NCBI GenBank assembly: GCA_950097015.1
Contig: CATNEN010000007.1
Location: 6,324,001-6,388,000, forward strand
DNA length: 64,000 nucleotides
Direction of reading: 5' to 3'
Origin: Macrostomum hystrix
Lineage: Eukaryota; Animalia; Platyhelminthes
Shown in pieces: positions 33,501 to 45,550 of the stretch. The notes beneath the pieces were generated by a model that saw nothing but the letters and a program-made list of their open reading frames with translations, ran no database searches and was not told the DNA's origin. Made by a program: the position numbers and the translations under genes. Positions within the stretch are counted from its first letter, which is position 1, and each line of letters starts with the position of its first letter.

Positions 33501-36500
33501 TCCGTTCGCCGAGCTATACATTACGCTCTGTATTCTGGTCAATACGGCTTTTATGGCTCTTGACATGCCAACAAACAGCAAAAGGTTTAGCGAATTTCTC
33601 AGCAATGCAAATCTTTTCTTTACAGCCACATTCGCCGTTGAAGCCATTTGCAAGCTAGTTGGAATGAAGCCACGAGTGTACTTTAAGGATGGTTGGAATA
33701 TATTTGACTTCACAATAGTTATTCTAAGCCTGGCAGAGCTTCCACTGCAAAACGTTCAAGGTCTGTCGATTCTGCGAGCATTCCGGCTTCTTCGAGTATT
33801 TAAACTTGCGAAGTCATGGCAGACGATGAATTTGCTCTTCGCTATCATTGCGAGGACTATGGGAGCATTAGGAAATTTAGTATTTGTGTTAGGTATAATA
33901 ATTTTCATATTTGCTGTTGTTGGAATGCAACTGTTTGGTGAAAGTTATTCAATGTACAAAAACATAACTTTGTATCCACACTACAAAGGCGACTATCCAA
34001 GATGGAACTTCAAGGACTTCACACACAGCTTTATGATAGTGTTTCGTGTATTGTGTGGTGAATGGATCGAGAGTATGTGGCACTGTATGAACGTCAATGG
34101 ATTCATATGCGTACCGTTTTTCTTGCTAACCAACATATTGGCCAGTCTGGTTGTTCTCAGCTTGTTCTTGGCGCTGCTTCTAAGCAGCTTTGGAGCCGAG
34201 AGCCTTCAGAGACGTGAAGTGGAGGAAGAGGTCAACAAATTGCAAGAGGCTATTGATAGAATCAAAAGGTTTATAGTGTGGTTGCGACTGCAGACAATAA
34301 GAATTTTCTGGTACATTGTCCATAACATTCGGGACAGATTGTGCAACCAGGAGTTCACAGATGAAGACTTATTTGAAAGTGACAGTCAGGATGCTGATGA
34401 AAATGAAGAACCTGGGGACAGAAAAAGGCCGACAATAAGTCCAGATGGAAGGTTTGCACTGAAGCGTCACGGCGCTTTTTTAATGGAAAACTTGAGCATC
34501 GCGGCAAGCAATATGGTATTCAAGGACATAAACGAGCTTCACGCCAATCGGGATGCTTGCACCGAGGCTCACAACAAAATATATCCAACATGTCAGTTCA
34601 GCCTTGCACTCGAGGACCAATTCCCACCGATATTTGAAGAGCCAGAAATAAACGAAGTCGATATTGTTTATTGGGACGCTCCCGAGGATTGCTTCCCAAA
34701 GAGGCTGACAAACTATTGCCCAAATGTGATGCAGCTATGCGACACAACAAAGTGTGGCAAAATTTGGTGGACGTTTCGATGTCAAATTTATAAACTCGTC
34801 GAACACAAGTACTTCGAGACGTTCATAATATTGATGATTGCACTAAGTAGTCTTACATTAACTCTGGAGGATGTTAATCTGCATAACAAGCCAAAACTGA
34901 AGCTTATCCTTGAGCACATGGACAAATGTTTTACCATAATATTTTCACTCGAAATGGCGCTGAAGTGGGTCGCCTTTGGTCTAAAGAAGTATTTTAAGGA
35001 CGCATGGTGCTGGCTAGATTTCATTATAGTAAATGTGGCGCTTTGCAGCCTTGTGCTGAACCTACTGGGAGGAGCATCCGGTCAAAACATGGGCGCCTTC
35101 AAAGCGATGAGAACGCTAAGAGCTTTAAGGCCGCTGAGAGCGGTTAGCCGTTGGGAAGGGATGAAGGTCGTTGTGAACGCGCTGATCCAGGCGATACCGT
35201 CGATTTTCAATGTATCGCTTGTGTGCCTAGTATTCTGGCTAATTTTTAGCATTATGGGGGTGCAACTGTTTGGCGGACAATTCTACAAATGTGTCGAAAA
35301 TGAAACGCAAGAGCGCCTGCTCCCGGAGGTTGTCCCAAATCAAACAATTTGCGAGGAGATGGCAAACAAATTCGGGAATGTGACATGGCAGAATTCGCGA
35401 ATCAATTTTGACAACGTGTTAAACGGCTACCTGGCTCTATTTCAAATCGCTACATACAAAGGTTGGCTTGGAATTATTGCTGACGCAGTTGACATCACAG
35501 GTAAGTTCGCATAAGTAATAATCGAACAATAAGAATATTCTTATAACAAACATTACTTTAGACTCGTCTGTATCTTTTCGTTTCAGGCGTCGGTATCCAG
35601 CCACAAAGGGACGCGAACACAACGATGTACCTGTTCTTTGTGCTATTTATTATATTTGGTTCATTCTTTACACTGAAGCTTTTCATCGGCGTCATTATTG
35701 ACAATTTTAACATGCAAAAGAAGCGAGCCGGTGGTTCGATGGAGATTTTCTTGACGGAAGATCAGAAGAAATACTACAAGGCAATGAAGAAAATGAGTAG
35801 TTCAGCCCCTCAGAAGCCGGTACCAAAGCCAAAGCTGAAAGTTTCTCAATTCTTCTTCAAGATAACTAGCAACCAGAAATTTGACGTTGTAATAATGATA
35901 TTCATCATGCTCAATACAATTGTGATGTGCATAGAGCATCACGACCAATCGGAAACTTTTAACTTCGTAGTGGAGCAGATCAATCGGTTTTTTATTGTGA
36001 TATTCACAGCGGAGTGTGTCATGAAACTTATGGCGCAGCGGTGGTACTACTTTAAATTTCCATGGAATATGTTCGACTTCGTTATCGTGGTGCTGAGCAT
36101 TCTCACCTGGGCTGTGGAAGATATAATTCAACTGCTGCGCATACCACCAACTATAATCCGAGTGGTGCGCGTGTTCCGAGTAGGTCGCGTTCTTCGTCTG
36201 GTCAAGTCAGCAAGAGGAATCCGCACCCTGCTGTTCTCACTGTTCGTGTCACTGCCAGCCCTGTTTAACATAGGCCTGCTTCTGGTGATGATAATGTTCA
36301 TCTACAGCATTGTCGGCATCTCCTTCTTCAGTCACGTGCGGCACAGCAGCGGCATAGATGAGATGTTCAACTTTGAGACCTTTTCCAGCGGCATGGTCGT
36401 GTTGTTCCAGCTCAGCACCTCCGCCGGCTGGGACAGCATCCTGGACGGCCTCACAAATGAGAAGCCGCCGCACTGCGATCCAGACAAGAAGCCGCACAGC

Positions 36501-38937
36501 GATTGCGGCAGCTACGCACTGGCCGTCCTTTTCCTGGTCTCCTACCTGGTGATTAGCTTCTTGGTCATCATCAATATGTACATTGCGGTCATACTGGAGA
36601 ACTTCAGCCAGGCAACTGAGGATGTTCAGCAAGGACTAACGCAAGAGGACTTCGACCTGTTTTACGAAAAATGGGAGTCCTACGATCCCAAGGCGAAGGG
36701 CTTCATTCCGGTGAGCCAGGTGTACGACTTCCTGGACGAGCTGGAGCCGCCGCTGCAGCTGCCGCAGCCGAATCGGATCAAGCTGGCCACCCTCAGCGTG
36801 CCGATATGCAAGGGCGAGACCATCTTCTGCGTAGACCTGCTGGACGCTCTGACTAGAAACTTTCTGGGAACAGCCGCCGACGAAGAGAGCCTGGCGGCTT
36901 TGAAGCCGAAGGCGGGCGGCAAGATCAAAGACGAGCGCATTGTGATTAGCAACACGTACGAGCGACAGAAGCAGCGGTACGCGGCCGGAATCATTGCACG
37001 ATGCTTGCAAAATCGTGTGGCGATGCGGAAGAGCACAGCGCTGCGGGACAGCGCCTTGAAGAACTGAATAGTTTTGTCACAGCCACAGCGTGCAAACTAT
37101 AATAAACCCATCGCAATAATAACTTACTAACCGATTTTGATATTTCTACACAAAAGCGCTTTTTTAAATTGAATACTAAACAGACAATAGAATAATATCG
37201 ATGCTAAATTATGTTTATCGCGTAGACATACTAGAAAAGCTTCTCAATCGAAAGTATCTACATTGCATTATAAACTGTTGATTTTTGTTATAAACACTAA
37301 TTAAAAATAGTGAGCAGTTAGCAGTCTAGAGCATCGTAGCAGATTTCACAAAACATGTGTTTTTACTTTTTTTACAAATCTATCTGCTCCTCAGATACTA
37401 AAGAAAGCAAAAAATAGTCCAAAAACAAATACTGGAAGAAAAAAACGGATCGAAAATACACTATATTGGTAAATAGTTAAGCGCAATGATGAGAAATAAG
37501 AGAACGAAGACAAGAGGGAGTGGAGCGGAGCGCAGGAGCGGAGCAATGCACTCACCTGTAGATAGCCTGGCGCTGCAGCACAGCGGAGCCGCCGCATAAG
37601 TCATCGCCCAGTCGGTAGCGCGCCAATTCGTCGGCGCTAGTTAGCCGCTGCAGACGTCGGTAAGTTGACTCCAGAGCCCGCACAGCCGCCTTGTTCACCT
37701 CTAGCACCATGTCCAATTCGTAGCGCTCGTCCTCCACGCGGCAGCAGGCCTCTTCGTGTGCGTTGCGCCGACCGCCGCCCTGCGAGTCCTCAGACAGCCA
37801 GCTGGGAAAGCTGACCAGAGTATCGTTGAGAGCGTCGCGACAGTCTGGTGGCAGATGGTCCCGGCCGCTGCAGCGGGGCGGAGGAACGCCGCGCGGCGCC
37901 GCCCTGTAGGAGCCGCCGTCGATTTGAAGCTGCAGCGAGTCGATTTCCGGCGGTTGAGACTGCTGCTGCCGGCGCTGCTGGCGGCTAATGTCCTCAGCAC
38001 TGGTCAGGTCTGCTCTCAGCCAAGCCAATAAATCGGGAAACGGGCGCAAGAAGGCGCCGACCCTAGCCAGGAAACTCTGTCGGTCAGCGCAGCCGGTGGC
38101 GTACAAGTTGAGGCAACGCAGGAAGTTTGCGAACACCTCCGGCTCGCCAATGGCCGCCTCGAAACGTTCGAGGAAGCGCGCCGCCTCGGCATCAAATCTG
38201 GCAGCGTCGGCTGCAGCAGCGGCAGCGTCGGTTGTGGGCAAGGGGGCGCGAACTGGCTGGGACCTGGAGCGCCGCCTGCGCCGCTTCTGGTGATAGAGTG
38301 GAGGCGGTGGTCGCGAGTCAAACAGCGACAATGGCCCGTTAGACGAGTCGGTGGCGGCTAGTGCGCGTCGCTTAGGCATAGTCGACAGTGAGCTCGGCGA
38401 CGATGGTCTCGGCCTCTTCTTGTGTGCGCTTGAAGGCTGGACAGCGGAGGGTGTCACGTGGGTGCCGGCGACAGGTATTGGCGTGGCCGCCTGCGGCTGC
38501 TGAAGAGCTGCAGCAGGCGTGGCCATGTCTAGGAGAAGACAAAGTAACATTTGTTCGTAATAAGGTATAAACTTTGAAATACTGGCATTACTTATAGTAG
38601 GAATGGTACAACATTCACGATAACGACAGAAAATTCCAGACATCAGTTTTCAGTAACAAACGCAATGATTCACTAACCGCCAGACTGTGATTTCTGCTGG
38701 TGCTGCTGCTGTTGCCGGTTAGGCAAAAACATGGCAAACTCGTCCAGTAGGTCCGACTGTCCGCCAAATAGGCGCCCAAGCTCCGTCATGACCTGCGTGT
38801 CGCAGTGCACCCGCCCAGCCCGCTGCTCCTTCTGGTAGCGATGCAGGATTTCCAGGAACTGTTTGTAGACAACCGAGCGACCGGCAAAGCGCGACTTAAT
38901 TTTGTTCACGTAGGCGATGGCATGGTTGAACTCTTCA

Positions 38938-38969
<32 letters not shown>

Positions 38970-40194
38970 CCGTTGCTGTTGTTGCTGCTGCTGCTCCTGA
39001 TGTTTTTGGGACTGCTTTGATGGCTGTGTTTGAGCCGTAAGCGGCGTGGTGGCAACACCAGAGGGTAAAAAGGCAAGAAAGCCAGTCAGCAGGTCCGGGT
39101 GCGAGCGAAACAGCTGGCGCACCCTGGCCAGAGCGGTCTGCGGAATTCAATGGGATCATGGTGAGATGAGGGTGAGACTGAAGGTCTGGGAGGAATTCAA
39201 TGGGATCAGGGTGAGATGAGGGTGAGACTGAAGGTCTGGGAGGAATTCAATGGGATCAGGGTGAGATGAGGGTGAGACTGAAGGTCTGGGAGGAATTCAA
39301 TGGGATCAGGGTGAGATGAGGGTGAGACTGAAGGTCTGGGAGGAATTCAATGGGATCAGGGTGAGATGAGGGTGAGACTGAAGGTCTGGGAGGAATTCAA
39401 TGGGATCAGGATGACTTGAGGGTGAGAGCGAAGGTCTGGGAGGAATCAAATGGGATCAGGGTGAGACAGGGACGAGTGCAAAGGACAGAGAAGGCCACGA
39501 AGAGTTGAAAGTATTAAAATAGGGAGATTCAGTGGGGGTGCCGAGGGCGCTCGATAATATGGCTAGGAATTTTTTACCTGTGGATCAATGACGCCAGCCT
39601 TGAAGTCTCTCAGCATATCAACAAAGGCACTATAGATGGCCGGACTATCTGCAGCGAACCGGCGCTTCACTGTCGCGATATAGTTCTGCGCGGCGTCCAT
39701 TCGGCCGGGCGAGGCGGAGTTCGAACCCGATACCTCCTGAACGGATTAGAGAATTTTCGGCGGAGGCAATACAATGTGTTCTTGATTCATGCAAAACTCC
39801 ATGCGGATAAATACTTGTTTGATGATGAGGCACAAAACTACGCAGCTATATGTATATTTCCTGCCTTTAGGTTTGATAAGGCTAGGTGAATTCGGCTCAC
39901 TTGCAACAGACTACTACCAGTAGTAGCAAGAGAGTATTAGCTTACCGTGGAAGCCTGCAACGAGATCTGCTGCGGCTGTGACTGCGGCTGCAACAGCAGC
40001 AGCTCCGGCTGGCCAGCGACACTGGTAGGATAGGAGGCTAAACTTGGCGCAACTCCGGCGCTAACCCGACCAGCGCTAGAGGCAGCCAATGCTGCCCTAT
40101 TGGCGGCTACTGCTGCGGCTGACATGGCACTGCCAGACGATGTTACAACAATGGAGTGATGGCTGAGGCCGACCGCCTGGTGGTTTGACTGCAT
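27563..40194 (-). CDS. SIN3: Paired amphipathic helix corepressor Sin3 (about 1274 aa)
   Basis: Exons 40194-39946, 39736-39578, 39137-38678, 38528-37556, 30170-29987, 29893-29545, 29469-29067, 28610-27563 join in frame (3825 nt). PAH1 AQNYIATVKRRF..RVRQLFRSHPDLLTGFLAFLP; PAH2 EFNHAIAYVNKIKSRF; PAH3 NFLRCLNLY; HID LNDTLVSFPSW.SEDS..EDERYELD; R|VYGDKA..AVPLILRRLK..SLDHQ; Sin3_C FTLDRL. Confidence 0.95.
28790..29002 (-). repeat. Three tandem 71-bp units resembling a degenerate tRNA-Lys(UUU) or SINE head
   Basis: Reverse complement GGGCAGG..GGCCTAGTGGTTAGAGCCACAGACTTTTAACTGAGAGGTCAATGGTTTCG: A-box-like and CTTTTAA anticodon-loop-like segments, degenerate T arm. Confidence 0.7.
31119..31128 (+). 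promoter_or_regulatory. Candidate TATA box of the nested Nav gene
   Basis: TATATAAAAG about 50 bp upstream of ATG 31177. Confidence 0.35.
31177..37067 (+). CDS. Voltage-gated sodium channel alpha subunit, Nav1 (DEKA) type, 1934 aa, nested antisense in a Sin3 intron
   Basis: Exons 31177-35500 and 35587-37067 with one GT-AG intron (35501-35586). Four S1-S6 repeats with Arg/Lys-rich S4s; P-loops TQDCWE, CGEWIE, TYKGW, TSAGWD; DIII-IV linker IFLTEDQKKYY; EF-hand-like C-terminus; AATAAA at 37101. Confidence 0.98.
39136..39470. repeat. 50-bp intronic minisatellite containing copies of the Sin3 3' splice-site sequence
   Basis: Unit AAGGTCTGGGAGGAATTCAATGGGATCAGGGTGAGATGAGGGTGAGACTG; on the sense strand TTGAATTCCTCCCAG|ACC mirrors the real acceptor TTGAATTCCGCAG|ACC. 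Confidence 0.93.
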
Positions 40195-41359
40195 GTCTGG
40201 AAACTGGAATCGTTATAGTTATTAACTTAATAGAGATAACGCATATAACGTTATATGTCGATAATTCTAGATTGAAAAAGTTTAATAACAGAAAACTAGT
40301 CATTTTTTGCGTTTTTTAACCCACTGAACAGGGAGAAAGGCATTTATACTATATTTTTAAGAAATCAATCACACTTCTGAAAAGTGCATAGCAGAATGTT
40401 TACAATAAGAAGAACCACTATATGAATCAGGATATTAGCACCAGTCCTATTTTAATCTGTGCAACCACCTAGGTTAAAAAGAATGCAAGAAACAAAATAT
40501 GAAGATACATGAAATTACAAGTACATACCTTAAGTATAGTCAACTCACTTCTCATCAATAGAGTCAATATTAGTTCATTAAGTCAATTTGTCAACAACTA
40601 ATAGGGAAATACTTGTATGCAGTTAAAGCCAAATGAATTTTTTTGTTTTTAGAGACAATAGCTATGTTCACTTCTTATACATAATGCACAAAATAATATA
40701 ATTCACACATAATCCCATGGTATATTCCTAAAACCATATGAATAGGCAACTGATAAAAATTCAAAATATACAGGTGATCCCAATTAAGTTCACATATATA
40801 TACTTACAATATAAGAACAACATCACATTTTCATTACCAATCTCCAATCTATACTCTGTAAGCCTCATGGCTCAGCTGCCATGGCCCATTGGACCCTTAG
40901 AATATGAACAAATTAAGTTCATGTAGAACTTTACTTAATTTTAATTGACGCTAGCACAGTTGTACATTTCTGAAAATAAAACTAATGGTGTACCAATAAC
41001 CTTTCACATACACTTGGGAACTTGCATATAGAGATGAATAGAAATTTGATTTCAATTTTGTTGTTTCCAGTTTTGATGCCAAATTGTGATTGAAACAGTT
41101 GCATAGTTCAGTTGCAATACTTGTTTTGAGGTATGTACAAATGTACAAATTTAGTAATTCAACTAGATGCATGTGTTACACTATATTTGGGAAGCTGGGA
41201 GGATGAATGAATTGTATTTCAATTAAATCAAGAATGAATCTAGGGTTGTTACATAAAGCAACAAATTATACTACTAAATAAATCAAAACATAAGTGTGAC
41301 AATGGTTACTATGATAAAATTTCAGAATGTCACAATGTGTCACACAATATCATAAATAA

Positions 41360-41489
41360 TAGGCAGTGCTTATTCCCATGGTCCTGTGCCAATAATTTCA
41401 ATTTTATCCACATGGATCCATGCCAATAATTTTCTGCTTATCCACTTGGCAGCTTGTATGAATAGGACCGTGGGAATAAGCACTGCCTA
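41360..41489. mobile_element. MITE with ~25-bp TIRs and TA flanks (Tc1/mariner-like)
   Basis: TAGGCAGTGCTTATTCCCATGGTCCT ... AGGACCGTGGGAATAAGCACTGCCTA. Confidence 0.85.
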
Positions 41490-42239
41490 AATAATATTCC
41501 CATATATATATTTTATCAACCTGTGATTCACTGGCTTTCACCAAATATACTTTTCACAAAAATGACTACATCTCCATTGCAGTTCGACTATAGTCTGTTG
41601 TGATCTATAATGGTAAATCAGAAGTTTCATCACTTTAGCTAACAATTTTGCAACTCAGGATTCAAATTAAGCCCATTCCACTAATATTTTTTCATTGGCT
41701 AATGAAGCAATTCCAAATACATTTTACTAGATAGGTTTAATTAAAAAGCAAAAATATGTTGAATAAATTTGTAAACATTGTAGGACCCCATATATTATAT
41801 ATATATTGAGTTTTGAACAGTTTCATTTGATCCATTGCTGTCTGTAGCAGTCCATTGTGGCCCATTCATGGACCATATGCAGACACAGGGATGGTCTCAC
41901 TTTAGTCATATTGTGGCTAAAGAAACCATCCTTTTAATCTTTTGAAAAAGTGCAGCCACTAATTTTATTGGTCAGTTTGTCACCTGGAATTTTTATATGG
42001 CAATGTAGGATCAAAACACATGATGCAGACTGAATATAGTAAAATTGAAAATCTGTGACTTCTCTTTGTATATATTTTGTTTTAATATGTGTAATTGTGA
42101 AAATTTGTAAATAGTTTGTTTTAATGCGAAGTTAGTTTCTTTGAATGCTCTGTAATTATTTTTTTTGAAATGATACAATTTTATTATAAATACAAGAGTG
42201 GAATCTAGGGAGAAACTAACCTTGTTCGATGCAGTTTGA

Positions 42240-42600
42240 AACAAAGTTCATATACAAAACTCAAAATTGTATTCTTTCATTCTTTATAAAACATACAGAG
42301 ATGAATACTAAGAAAGATTCATGAGAGAAAGAGAAATAGAAAGCATTGCTGTACACTTGAGATCATTGGTAATGCTCTTTGGAAAGCCTATACTCAGAAA
42401 TACATACATAAGATAAAGTAATTGGCCAGAATAACTAAATAGTAAATACACTACCTAGACTAACTAAATACGCTACCTAGACTAACTAAATACGCTACCT
42501 AGACTAACTAAATACAATACTCAGAATAACTAAATACTCTATCAGACTAAATACGCTACCAAGAAATTCTTTATATAAAATACATTCTCTGAGGCTAATT
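42240..42600 (+). repeat. Dispersed AT-rich repeat, copy 1, with an internal 22-bp TAACTAAATACGCTACCTAGAC expansion
   Basis: Shares TTTCATTCTTTATAAAACATACAGAGA..TACACTTGAGATCATTGGT..CTTTGGAAAGC with 58350-58530. Confidence 0.8.
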
Positions 42601-44878
42601 CTAAGAAAATATTGAAACTACCTCTAAAACAACTTACAACTTTCATAGAATACTAACAATAAGAAATAATACAACAACATTGTGAAAGTAAAGTTAGAAT
42701 AGTAATTAGCACTAGGCCTAGGACAACATTGGTAACAGCATTAGTATTTTCTTATAGGCCTATATTATCTAATACCCCTAAGACAACTTAGGTGGCATTC
42801 AGTAGGATATTAAATATTATAAAATAGCCCTAGCACACAAAGTTGTGAATAACACACAAAATTTCAACTATACCAGAGTGTGACTTTGCCTAAGAAAATA
42901 ATTGCACTGTGCTGTTTTCTTTAGAGGTTAGTATAATTTAAAATAGTAAAAAAATATATTCTAGAATAGATTCATATAGCTACTATTATGATGTATTTTG
43001 TAACCCATGGCCATAGCATCCAATAATTAATGGCAGGGTAGCCAGTATACACTTTTTTAAACTAAACACCCTTAGTCTAATCCTGTCTAGGTCATGTTGT
43101 AGATGACCAAAACTTTGGTAACTATGACCAAGACTGAATAATTGATAATGATAGACAGCTAGCTATATTATGTATAGAAAAATAGAAAATTGTGTAACGT
43201 AACATTAAATAGTATTAAAAATAGTAAAATAATTAATTGTCTTTTTTGAACTTAGACAAACGTACTTTTTCTAGTGTGCTCCTGACGTTTAATTGTATTT
43301 TTTTCCGAAACAAAAATAACGATTCTTGACTGTGGACAGTTCTCTGTAACTATACTGTCAGTGTTTTGTTTTCTGAGAACCTTCAAGGAATATAACAAAT
43401 AGGCTATGCCAGTTATTATATTCTTTCTACAAGGTGTTTAGAAGTTTTTTTCGAATTGCGCACGCTAGATCTTTTGATGTTTTGATCCCTCGATTATTTT
43501 TCTTTATTTTTTTACCACCTACTTGTCTGAGTGCATTCTGACTGTTTTACAGCAAAAGTCCCAGGATGTAATTCGTAATGCTGTGTTAATAAATCGAGTT
43601 AAATTCTTGAGTTATAACTTTTGCTAAAACTTAACTAATTTTTTGTTACAGATTCATCGACCAAATTATCAACGCCAAAATATTACTACTACTACTACTA
43701 CTATATTAGGGCCTACTACTTTTACTAGGCCTACTGCATAACAATCGCGTATATATTTCAATGAAAAATATAATGACGGTTAAGTTTTTATCTTGCTGCT
43801 TACAGCGACACTTTACTTTGCTTGCCTTCAATTCATTATAGTAAAAGTGATAATAGCTACTTTCGTTTTTACATTAGATGTGAGCTTAATGTTAGGGGCC
43901 TAGTATGTAGCATACATAATGCAAATTCGAAATCAGTGAAACTTGTATTGCCACATCTTTTTTGTCTCTGTCCTTATTAATATTTGCTTCATGGGGTAAT
44001 CTCCAAGTTTGTGGCATTAAATTAGGCCAACTTTTAAATTCTTTGCTTACTGTGAAGGTCACTGTGTGCATGGAATTTGAATGGTTAAATGGCCATGTTA
44101 AACTTCAAAACCATGTTGTCATCAATCATGGGCTTGGGCTACAAGAGGTCTTGGGCCTAAGTTAAGGCCAAATTCAGGACCGTTCATGCATGGCACTTCT
44201 GATGCCCTGTTTGAGAGCCATAGGGTAATGTATATCATCAGCCAAACAAGAATATGTATTTTTTAGGCCTACTTCAAACCTAAGCTACAGATTTTCATGT
44301 ATCTTCAAACCAAATGGAGAATTTGATGTTCGGTTTTATAATTTGAGTGAGTGGTTTAATATTATTTTAAGGAGTGAACTATCATGAATTATGTCATTTG
44401 AAAGCATTTTTCATGCTCTATAGGCCTAAATAACTGCATTTATGGTCATTGAATTGGCAAGCAACCACATACAATCTTCGTCTAAAGTACATACTGAAAA
44501 AATGTTGTCGAAAGGTATGCTTTTGCAATAAAAAATTCTACTGAAAATCTATATCTTTCTTTCCTCTTAATGCTTCATTGCTTCTCATGCCTCAGCTTAT
44601 CGATAATTTCTTTGACTTTCAAATTAGTTGTTCTGTGAAACACAATAGCTTGTTTCTGTCTTGCACAAGACCAAGGAAGGAGTCAAAATTCTTGTTTGGT
44701 TTTGAAGATACACTGTTTGGTTGTGTATTACCCTATCAAAAAATATCTATGGCAGACTCTTTCCTCAGAATGTGTTCAGCAACTTCCTAATAGGTGCCAC
44801 TACAGCATTGTTATAGTTTTCTGTTAAACTATAGTAGTTAATTATAGTTTCATTTTTTAATAAAAGTAATAAATTTAA

Positions 44879-45550
44879 GGAAGTGCTTATTCCCATGGTC
44901 CAGTGACGATAATTTCAATTTTATCCACACGGATCTGTGCCGACCATTTTCTGCTTATCCATACGGCAGCTTGTATGAATAGGTCTACTTTCAAGTATTC
45001 TTCTCTGAGCATAAGGCTTTTGCTTCAGAGTATAGTGTATAGTGTACACTATCAATGCATAGTGTAAAATAATAACAATGATGTATAATGTGTGATGAGT
45101 TTGGTGCTGACTAGAATTCTGCTGGTTGACTCATATGATTTTCTTTGATAGACTTCTTACTTTTTAAGTCAATACAATTCGAATGAAAACACGTAACGAT
45201 GACAAAAGATTTAATAAGTTGTTATTGCAATAATTAAAAAGGATGACATTAATGTCGGTTAATGAATGTGTAGGTCGAAATGTAGTAACACTGTTGTAAC
45301 ACATTGGCAACTTTTAACTTAGTTGATCTATTGGCTCAAGGGTTCAAAAAAATGTTCAAACCCGAAAGGGCCTCGTTTCAAAGAACAGAACCGTGTGAAT
45401 AAAATGGAAATAAATGACACGGCATATTTATATAAAGAGTTTTAGACCTATTCATACAAGCTGCCATGTGGATAAGCAGAAAATTATCGGCACGGATCCG
45501 TGTGGATAAAATTGAAATTATTGGCATGGGACCATGGGAATAAGCTCTGC
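44879..45550. mobile_element. Larger member of the same family with ~110-bp inverted terminal arms
   Basis: 44879-44987 and 45442-45550 are inverted copies of the 41360 element body (GTGCTTATTCCCATGGTCC..TTATCCAC..GCAGCTTGTATGAATAGG). Confidence 0.8.

Noticed and set aside
31177-37067. Two separate channel genes or a pseudogene, as the ORF track suggests
   Set aside because: A canonical 86-bp GT-AG intron joins the two ORFs in frame (DITG|VGIQP).
41404-41445. TTATCCACA DnaA-box matches, suggesting a bacterial origin
   Set aside because: They lie within a MITE in clearly eukaryotic DNA; coincidental.
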